From: Naegleria gruberi
Lineage: Eukaryota
Length of the DNA: 8,329 bases
Strand: one strand, 5' to 3'
Assembly (NCBI GenBank): GCA_000004985.1
Contig: GG739077.1
Under the pieces are notes generated by a model, which searched no databases, was not told the origin of the DNA, and worked only from the letters and a program-made list of their open reading frames with translations. Positions within the stretch are counted from its first letter, which is position 1; every line of letters starts with the position of its first letter. The translations under genes were made by a program, and so were the position numbers. Positions 1-7,320 of this stretch are shown one piece after another.

Positions 1-288
1 TGTAATGGATTTTTTAAAGAAACACCAATTATTATTGTTTTAAATAAGACTGATATATTTAAAAAGAAACTTGAAGTTCATGGTATTGAACAATGTTTTA
101 AAGATTACAATGGTTCACAAGATTATGATGAAAGTGTTCAATTTATTAGAAACAAATTTTTATCTTTAAACAAATTTGATGAACAAAGAATTTGGATACA
201 CGAATGTTGTGCCACTTCAACTGATGATGTTAGAAAAGTTTTTGAACAAATTAAACATCAAGTTGCTCAATGGAAGAGGAATCATTAA
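1..288 (+). CDS. Heterotrimeric G-protein alpha subunit, C-terminal part (5'-partial; stop TAA at 286-288)
   Basis: Frame 1 translates without stops to CNGFFKETPIIIVLNKTDIFKKKLEVHGIEQCFKDYNGSQDYDESVQFIRNKFLSLNKFDEQRIWIHECCATSTDDVRKVFEQIKHQVAQWKRNH*. It has the G4 box 'LNKTD' (NKxD), a G5-like 'CCATST' (canonical TCATDT) and a C-terminal a5-helix-like tail. Spacing and order match the G-alpha consensus (...ILFLNKKDLF...TCATDT...). Codon usage is Dictyostelium-type. Confidence 0.9.
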   Translation, partial: CNGFFKETPIIIVLNKTDIFKKKLEVHGIEQCFKDYNGSQDYDESVQFIRNKFLSLNKFDEQRIWIHECCATSTDDVRKVFEQIKHQVAQWKRNH

Positions 289-292
289 AAAA

Positions 293-298
293 AATAAA
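293..298 (+). terminator. AATAAA polyadenylation signal candidate for the upstream G-alpha gene
   Basis: AATAAA hexamer 5 nt downstream of the stop codon, in an A/T-rich 3' flank. Confidence 0.35.
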
Positions 299-647
299 TT
301 TATTATTATTAAGATCAATGTTGAACCTTTTTATTCATGGTTTTAGAATTAAATGATGTGATGAAGAGTGAGGTGTAATAATTGATTTTTGAACAAGACA
401 ATAGTCTGGAAGTGCAAATTTTGTTTTGCTGGAGAAATGGATTGGAAAATGTTTAATTTTCAATGATAAGAAGATTCATTTATCGATATGATTCTTATTG
501 TACTGTACAAATAGACTTGTTTTTTGATTCTATAATTCAATCACAAGTATTGCATTCAATGGTTCCATACAGAAACTCCATAATTGAAACAAAACAAGAA
601 ATAACACGACAAATACTTGGTCCATTATTTGGATTCACAACTCTCTT

Positions 648-684
648 TAAGAATTGTACTTTTACCAGAAGAATTGTACTTTTA
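648..684. repeat. Direct tandem duplication of about 19 bp (aagaattgtacttttac[c/t])
   Basis: Read directly: 'aagaattgtacttttaccag' is followed by 'aagaattgtacttttactttcag'. A third partial copy 'atattgtacc' lies at about 704-713. Confidence 0.6.
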
Positions 685-1243
685 CTTTCAGATTTTCCAG
701 ATATTGTACCGCTGAGATCTCAGCCAAGACCTAAAACAGAAACTCCACCAACTTGAAGAAAAGCCATAGAACCCAACAACTTACCACCAAGCACAGAAGA
801 AGATATTACTCATTTAATAATGCAGATGTGGTGTATCAGGTAACAAAAGAAGTATAAATGCTATTGGCATGACAAGTATTGGCTTTGCTTTGTTGGAGCC
901 AATTAATGTTGGCCCGTGCAACTAGTAGTAGTTCGTACGTTTTTAATTTGCTATTTATGTATTTATAATAAATATTTCACACATACATGCTGTGATAATA
1001 CTTTTCATTTAGTCTAAGAGGAGACTGCTTGGCGGATTTTTAACCTAGCAGCCTTGGTATTTATTGTTAACTAAAACACAATGAATCTCCAGAACACAGT
1101 TTTACACTACAATATTAATACAGATATTCTTTCCCACTCATCCACCATCAACTTCCAGATTCTGCACACCACAAGCAATATTTGTGATGCACACAGCTCC
1201 AAAATTGTTACGATTTAAACCAATTTGCGGATGTCAACAGTAA

Positions 1244-1293
1244 NNNNNNNNNNNNNNNNNNNNNNNNNNNNNNNNNNNNNNNNNNNNNNNNNN
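1244..1293. other. Assembly gap (50 N)
   Basis: Run of exactly 50 n characters, the conventional unknown-length gap placeholder. Confidence 0.95.
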
Positions 1294-1522
1294 TTGGTAT
1301 GTTTTGTAATTTTGAGCGGGAAACTAAATTTCAGTGTCTTGTGAAGTTGTTCTTCCATTAACTAGCCATCGCAAACAAACAAGACTATTTTCAAGCCTGT
1401 TGTGGATTTTCCAACTGTCATTAATCACTTTCCCATCAAAAAAAAATTTTGAACGACTCCCTGCTGTGAGAGTGAACTAAACTACAAAAACTCGCAGTAC
1501 CCACCTCCTTATCTACAACAAC

Positions 1523-1772
1523 GTGATTTGTTTTGATACAACAATAACAAATTTACTATTTTCCAATTATCTCTTGTCAAAAAATATTTTTTTAATAGTG
1601 TCATCTTCTGTATACAACAAGAATAATATTATCTATTATATACATTTCACTATTCTAATATACTATTCTAATATACTACTACCACTACAATTAGTACTAT
1701 TAAAAAGTAATATAACACAATAACAAATAACAAACAAATAACAACAAACAAATAACAATAATAATAATAATA
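1523..1772 (+). promoter_or_regulatory. AT-rich promoter/5' leader of the second G-alpha gene, with simple repeats
   Basis: More than 85% AT immediately upstream of the ATG at 1773. It contains a 13-bp perfect tandem repeat (1651..1676), a 13-nt 'caaacaaataaca' x2 repeat (1731..1757) and (TAA)5 at 1758..1772 abutting the start codon. The 66-aa ORF 1523..1723 here is low-complexity and judged spurious. Confidence 0.4.
1651..1676. repeat. Perfect 13-bp tandem repeat x2 (tattctaatatac)
   Basis: 1651-1663 and 1664-1676 are identical, read directly from the sequence. Confidence 0.7.
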
Positions 1773-2490
1773 ATGGGTTTATGTTTTGGTAAAACTGATG
1801 GTTCACAATCATCATCATCAAATAATCAATCTTCCAATCAAGATGGTAAAAATAAGAATAATCAACGTATCAATGATAATGATCCAAATAATGAAGGTGG
1901 TGATGAAATGAATGAAAATGCTGATCCAAATTCAGGAAATTATGATGTAAAATTATTATTATTAGGATCAGGTGAATCAGGTAAATCAACATTTTTCAAA
2001 CAAGTTCGTATTATATCACAAAGACCATTTTTAGAGAATGAACGTCGTCGTGTTAAAAATACAGTTCATTTCAATGTAGTTTCAAGTATGGCAGTAATGT
2101 GTCAAAAATTAAAAGAATTAAACTTGGAATTCTCAAGTGAAGAATTAAGTAAATGTGCAGAACGTGTATTACAATTAAGTAAGAATAGAGCATTCATGAC
2201 ATCAACAACAAGTGTTAAAGGAGGTGATCGTAATTTTTATACTGATGAAATTGCTAATGATATTTATCAATTATGGAAAGATTCAACTATTCAAAAAGTA
2301 TTTCAAAATAATAGAAATGATGTTCATGTTTTTGATGGTGCTGAATATTTCTTTGAACGTTTAGATATAATTAGAAAAAATGATTACATTCCATCTGAGG
2401 AAGATTTATTATATTGTCGTCAAAAAACTATTGGTATTGTTGAAGTTTCATTCGATCATGAATCTTTAAAATTTAGTTTATTTGATGTTG
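1773..2490 (+). CDS. Heterotrimeric G-protein alpha subunit, exon 1 (N-terminal 239 codons + 1 nt; continues beyond an intron into the assembly gap)
   Basis: ATG at 1773. The translation starts MGLCFGK (Gly2 for N-myristoylation, Cys4 for palmitoylation). There is a low-complexity S/N/Q/D-rich insert (residues ~10-57), a P-loop KLLLLGSGESGKST (nt 1965-1991), a helical-domain-length spacer and switch I 'RQKTIGIVE' (canonical RxKTTGIxE). The exon then reads ...LFDV+G, ending at 2490 in phase 1, immediately followed by GTATGT. The ORF-track tail 'MFFLNILIF*' is intron read-through. Confidence 0.9.
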
Positions 2491-2551
2491 GTATGTTTTT
2501 TTTAAATATTTTAATATTTTAATATTTTAATTTTAATATTTTAATTTTTAA
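2491..2551 (+). other. 5' part of intron 1 of the second G-alpha gene (donor GTATGT); runs into gap
   Basis: GTATGT at 2491-2496 directly after the codon phase-1 break inside the DVG(GQ) motif. Downstream is about 95% AT with an 8-bp 'atatttta' tandem repeat (2506..2551). The expected continuation 'GQ...' of the G3 box is absent in frame, so splicing is required. Confidence 0.75.
2506..2551. repeat. Period-8 AT tandem repeat (atatttta)n at the gap edge
   Basis: atatttta atatttta atatttta (a)tttta atatttta atttttaa, read directly. It abuts the N run and is probably the cause of the assembly break. Confidence 0.6.
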
Positions 2552-5500
2552 NNNNNNNNNNNNNNNNNNNNNNNNNNNNNNNNNNNNNNNNNNNNNNNNN
2601 NNNNNNNNNNNNNNNNNNNNNNNNNNNNNNNNNNNNNNNNNNNNNNNNNNNNNNNNNNNNNNNNNNNNNNNNNNNNNNNNNNNNNNNNNNNNNNNNNNNN
2701 NNNNNNNNNNNNNNNNNNNNNNNNNNNNNNNNNNNNNNNNNNNNNNNNNNNNNNNNNNNNNNNNNNNNNNNNNNNNNNNNNNNNNNNNNNNNNNNNNNNN
2801 NNNNNNNNNNNNNNNNNNNNNNNNNNNNNNNNNNNNNNNNNNNNNNNNNNNNNNNNNNNNNNNNNNNNNNNNNNNNNNNNNNNNNNNNNNNNNNNNNNNN
2901 NNNNNNNNNNNNNNNNNNNNNNNNNNNNNNNNNNNNNNNNNNNNNNNNNNNNNNNNNNNNNNNNNNNNNNNNNNNNNNNNNNNNNNNNNNNNNNNNNNNN
3001 NNNNNNNNNNNNNNNNNNNNNNNNNNNNNNNNNNNNNNNNNNNNNNNNNNNNNNNNNNNNNNNNNNNNNNNNNNNNNNNNNNNNNNNNNNNNNNNNNNNN
3101 NNNNNNNNNNNNNNNNNNNNNNNNNNNNNNNNNNNNNNNNNNNNNNNNNNNNNNNNNNNNNNNNNNNNNNNNNNNNNNNNNNNNNNNNNNNNNNNNNNNN
3201 NNNNNNNNNNNNNNNNNNNNNNNNNNNNNNNNNNNNNNNNNNNNNNNNNNNNNNNNNNNNNNNNNNNNNNNNNNNNNNNNNNNNNNNNNNNNNNNNNNNN
3301 NNNNNNNNNNNNNNNNNNNNNNNNNNNNNNNNNNNNNNNNNNNNNNNNNNNNNNNNNNNNNNNNNNNNNNNNNNNNNNNNNNNNNNNNNNNNNNNNNNNN
3401 NNNNNNNNNNNNNNNNNNNNNNNNNNNNNNNNNNNNNNNNNNNNNNNNNNNNNNNNNNNNNNNNNNNNNNNNNNNNNNNNNNNNNNNNNNNNNNNNNNNN
3501 NNNNNNNNNNNNNNNNNNNNNNNNNNNNNNNNNNNNNNNNNNNNNNNNNNNNNNNNNNNNNNNNNNNNNNNNNNNNNNNNNNNNNNNNNNNNNNNNNNNN
3601 NNNNNNNNNNNNNNNNNNNNNNNNNNNNNNNNNNNNNNNNNNNNNNNNNNNNNNNNNNNNNNNNNNNNNNNNNNNNNNNNNNNNNNNNNNNNNNNNNNNN
3701 NNNNNNNNNNNNNNNNNNNNNNNNNNNNNNNNNNNNNNNNNNNNNNNNNNNNNNNNNNNNNNNNNNNNNNNNNNNNNNNNNNNNNNNNNNNNNNNNNNNN
3801 NNNNNNNNNNNNNNNNNNNNNNNNNNNNNNNNNNNNNNNNNNNNNNNNNNNNNNNNNNNNNNNNNNNNNNNNNNNNNNNNNNNNNNNNNNNNNNNNNNNN
3901 NNNNNNNNNNNNNNNNNNNNNNNNNNNNNNNNNNNNNNNNNNNNNNNNNNNNNNNNNNNNNNNNNNNNNNNNNNNNNNNNNNNNNNNNNNNNNNNNNNNN
4001 NNNNNNNNNNNNNNNNNNNNNNNNNNNNNNNNNNNNNNNNNNNNNNNNNNNNNNNNNNNNNNNNNNNNNNNNNNNNNNNNNNNNNNNNNNNNNNNNNNNN
4101 NNNNNNNNNNNNNNNNNNNNNNNNNNNNNNNNNNNNNNNNNNNNNNNNNNNNNNNNNNNNNNNNNNNNNNNNNNNNNNNNNNNNNNNNNNNNNNNNNNNN
4201 NNNNNNNNNNNNNNNNNNNNNNNNNNNNNNNNNNNNNNNNNNNNNNNNNNNNNNNNNNNNNNNNNNNNNNNNNNNNNNNNNNNNNNNNNNNNNNNNNNNN
4301 NNNNNNNNNNNNNNNNNNNNNNNNNNNNNNNNNNNNNNNNNNNNNNNNNNNNNNNNNNNNNNNNNNNNNNNNNNNNNNNNNNNNNNNNNNNNNNNNNNNN
4401 NNNNNNNNNNNNNNNNNNNNNNNNNNNNNNNNNNNNNNNNNNNNNNNNNNNNNNNNNNNNNNNNNNNNNNNNNNNNNNNNNNNNNNNNNNNNNNNNNNNN
4501 NNNNNNNNNNNNNNNNNNNNNNNNNNNNNNNNNNNNNNNNNNNNNNNNNNNNNNNNNNNNNNNNNNNNNNNNNNNNNNNNNNNNNNNNNNNNNNNNNNNN
4601 NNNNNNNNNNNNNNNNNNNNNNNNNNNNNNNNNNNNNNNNNNNNNNNNNNNNNNNNNNNNNNNNNNNNNNNNNNNNNNNNNNNNNNNNNNNNNNNNNNNN
4701 NNNNNNNNNNNNNNNNNNNNNNNNNNNNNNNNNNNNNNNNNNNNNNNNNNNNNNNNNNNNNNNNNNNNNNNNNNNNNNNNNNNNNNNNNNNNNNNNNNNN
4801 NNNNNNNNNNNNNNNNNNNNNNNNNNNNNNNNNNNNNNNNNNNNNNNNNNNNNNNNNNNNNNNNNNNNNNNNNNNNNNNNNNNNNNNNNNNNNNNNNNNN
4901 NNNNNNNNNNNNNNNNNNNNNNNNNNNNNNNNNNNNNNNNNNNNNNNNNNNNNNNNNNNNNNNNNNNNNNNNNNNNNNNNNNNNNNNNNNNNNNNNNNNN
5001 NNNNNNNNNNNNNNNNNNNNNNNNNNNNNNNNNNNNNNNNNNNNNNNNNNNNNNNNNNNNNNNNNNNNNNNNNNNNNNNNNNNNNNNNNNNNNNNNNNNN
5101 NNNNNNNNNNNNNNNNNNNNNNNNNNNNNNNNNNNNNNNNNNNNNNNNNNNNNNNNNNNNNNNNNNNNNNNNNNNNNNNNNNNNNNNNNNNNNNNNNNNN
5201 NNNNNNNNNNNNNNNNNNNNNNNNNNNNNNNNNNNNNNNNNNNNNNNNNNNNNNNNNNNNNNNNNNNNNNNNNNNNNNNNNNNNNNNNNNNNNNNNNNNN
5301 NNNNNNNNNNNNNNNNNNNNNNNNNNNNNNNNNNNNNNNNNNNNNNNNNNNNNNNNNNNNNNNNNNNNNNNNNNNNNNNNNNNNNNNNNNNNNNNNNNNN
5401 NNNNNNNNNNNNNNNNNNNNNNNNNNNNNNNNNNNNNNNNNNNNNNNNNNNNNNNNNNNNNNNNNNNNNNNNNNNNNNNNNNNNNNNNNNNNNNNNNNNN

Positions 5501-7146
5501 NNNNNNNNNNNNNNNNNNNNNNNNNNNNNNNNNNNNNNNNNNNNNNNNNNNNNNNNNNNNNNNNNNNNNNNNNNNNNNNNNNNNNNNNNNNNNNNNNNNN
5601 NNNNNNNNNNNNNNNNNNNNNNNNNNNNNNNNNNNNNNNNNNNNNNNNNNNNNNNNNNNNNNNNNNNNNNNNNNNNNNNNNNNNNNNNNNNNNNNNNNNN
5701 NNNNNNNNNNNNNNNNNNNNNNNNNNNNNNNNNNNNNNNNNNNNNNNNNNNNNNNNNNNNNNNNNNNNNNNNNNNNNNNNNNNNNNNNNNNNNNNNNNNN
5801 NNNNNNNNNNNNNNNNNNNNNNNNNNNNNNNNNNNNNNNNNNNNNNNNNNNNNNNNNNNNNNNNNNNNNNNNNNNNNNNNNNNNNNNNNNNNNNNNNNNN
5901 NNNNNNNNNNNNNNNNNNNNNNNNNNNNNNNNNNNNNNNNNNNNNNNNNNNNNNNNNNNNNNNNNNNNNNNNNNNNNNNNNNNNNNNNNNNNNNNNNNNN
6001 NNNNNNNNNNNNNNNNNNNNNNNNNNNNNNNNNNNNNNNNNNNNNNNNNNNNNNNNNNNNNNNNNNNNNNNNNNNNNNNNNNNNNNNNNNNNNNNNNNNN
6101 NNNNNNNNNNNNNNNNNNNNNNNNNNNNNNNNNNNNNNNNNNNNNNNNNNNNNNNNNNNNNNNNNNNNNNNNNNNNNNNNNNNNNNNNNNNNNNNNNNNN
6201 NNNNNNNNNNNNNNNNNNNNNNNNNNNNNNNNNNNNNNNNNNNNNNNNNNNNNNNNNNNNNNNNNNNNNNNNNNNNNNNNNNNNNNNNNNNNNNNNNNNN
6301 NNNNNNNNNNNNNNNNNNNNNNNNNNNNNNNNNNNNNNNNNNNNNNNNNNNNNNNNNNNNNNNNNNNNNNNNNNNNNNNNNNNNNNNNNNNNNNNNNNNN
6401 NNNNNNNNNNNNNNNNNNNNNNNNNNNNNNNNNNNNNNNNNNNNNNNNNNNNNNNNNNNNNNNNNNNNNNNNNNNNNNNNNNNNNNNNNNNNNNNNNNNN
6501 NNNNNNNNNNNNNNNNNNNNNNNNNNNNNNNNNNNNNNNNNNNNNNNNNNNNNNNNNNNNNNNNNNNNNNNNNNNNNNNNNNNNNNNNNNNNNNNNNNNN
6601 NNNNNNNNNNNNNNNNNNNNNNNNNNNNNNNNNNNNNNNNNNNNNNNNNNNNNNNNNNNNNNNNNNNNNNNNNNNNNNNNNNNNNNNNNNNNNNNNNNNN
6701 NNNNNNNNNNNNNNNNNNNNNNNNNNNNNNNNNNNNNNNNNNNNNNNNNNNNNNNNNNNNNNNNNNNNNNNNNNNNNNNNNNNNNNNNNNNNNNNNNNNN
6801 NNNNNNNNNNNNNNNNNNNNNNNNNNNNNNNNNNNNNNNNNNNNNNNNNNNNNNNNNNNNNNNNNNNNNNNNNNNNNNNNNNNNNNNNNNNNNNNNNNNN
6901 NNNNNNNNNNNNNNNNNNNNNNNNNNNNNNNNNNNNNNNNNNNNNNNNNNNNNNNNNNNNNNNNNNNNNNNNNNNNNNNNNNNNNNNNNNNNNNNNNNNN
7001 NNNNNNNNNNNNNNNNNNNNNNNNNNNNNNNNNNNNNNNNNNNNNNNNNNNNNNNNNNNNNNNNNNNNNNNNNNNNNNNNNNNNNNNNNNNNNNNNNNNN
7101 NNNNNNNNNNNNNNNNNNNNNNNNNNNNNNNNNNNNNNNNNNNNNN
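2552..7146. other. Assembly gap (4595 N)
   Basis: Uninterrupted n run. The two giant minus-strand 'X' ORFs in the track (2541..7172, 2548..7239) are artefacts of translating N and use non-ATG (TTG) starts. Confidence 0.97.
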
Positions 7147-7245
7147 TCCAAATATTTGTACAAGTAAATCAAATGGATTTGTTATTACAGTTGTATTATT
7201 AAATATATTATGTCTTTTAAAATCTTCAAATGTCCACAATAGTCT
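7147..7245 (-). CDS. Putative downstream exon of the minus-strand gene (33 codons, RLLWTFEDFKRHNIFNNTTVITNPFDLLVQIFG...), open in frame to the gap edge
   Basis: If the GTAATT donor at 7320-7315 and the AG acceptor at 7247-7246 are used (75-nt, ~95% AT intron, phase 0), the frame continues without a stop for 33 codons to the N boundary. Composition is ~75% AT (coding-like), versus ~95% in the proposed intron. Confidence 0.5.
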
Positions 7246-7320
7246 CTTTTTAAAATTAATTAAATAGTAAAATTATAAAAATTATTAAAATAAATATTAA
7301 AAATTATAAAAATAAATTAC
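7246..7320 (-). other. Putative 75-nt intron of the minus-strand gene
   Basis: Minus-strand donor GTAATT after ...CAATTGTTAAGG (Q L L R), acceptor TTTTAAAAAG|AGA. Length and AT content are typical of Dictyostelium introns. Alternative: no splicing, with the stop at 7297-7299 (…RVIYFYNF*). Confidence 0.5.

Larger units (their letters stand above)
300..1520. other. GC-enriched (~35-40% GC) ORF-poor island between the two G-alpha genes; nature unknown (TE relic, degenerate pseudogene or ncRNA region)
   Basis: Base composition differs sharply from the flanking intergenic DNA and introns, which are about 90% AT. The only ORF (463..756, 97 aa) uses codons atypical for the neighbouring genes (cga, gac, ccg, ctg, cag, ctc) and spans an internal tandem duplication. 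Both strands show only 30-60-codon open stretches. An assembly gap (1244..1293) falls inside it. Confidence 0.3.

Noticed and set aside
356-362. GTGATGA (perfect box C, RUGAUGA) suggesting a C/D snoRNA
   Set aside because: No CTGA box D within the next ~110 nt and no terminal stem pairing found by eye, so an isolated heptamer is insufficient.
463-756. 97-aa plus-strand ORF inside the GC-enriched island
   Set aside because: It spans a 19-bp tandem duplication and its codon usage is unlike that of the neighbouring genes (cga, gac, ccg, ctg, cag). The product has no recognisable features and the flanking frames are closed. It is most likely a chance ORF in moderately GC DNA.
600-840. Minus-strand frames of the island encode 'GGKLLGS' and 'SGKSESKSTI', reminiscent of the G-alpha P-loop region KLLLLGSGESGKST; considered as a decayed inverted G-alpha pseudogene
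   Set aside because: The two matches are short and separated by a stop and about 20 residues. Part of the second match is generated by the 19-bp duplication read in two frames. Nothing else (helical domain, switch regions) is recognisable. Residues L/G/S/K are common. This needs a sensitive nucleotide or protein search before any claim.
1499-1506. ACCCACCT resembling the Dictyostelium ncRNA upstream element DUSE ([A/T]CCCA[C/T]AA)
   Set aside because: Differs at the last two positions, and no recognisable snRNA/Class-I RNA sequence lies ~60 nt downstream. I also recall the consensus only approximately.
1523-1723. 66-aa ORF in the promoter region of the second G-alpha gene
   Set aside because: Pure AT-rich low complexity (I/L/N/Y/S) overlapping the tandem repeats. 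Typical spurious ORF in ~90% AT DNA.
2541-7239. Two huge minus-strand ORFs (1543 and 1563 aa) in the supplied track
   Set aside because: They are almost entirely 'X' from translating the N gap and start at TTG (non-ATG) codons. Only the short real-sequence flank (7147..7245) is meaningful, and it is treated separately.
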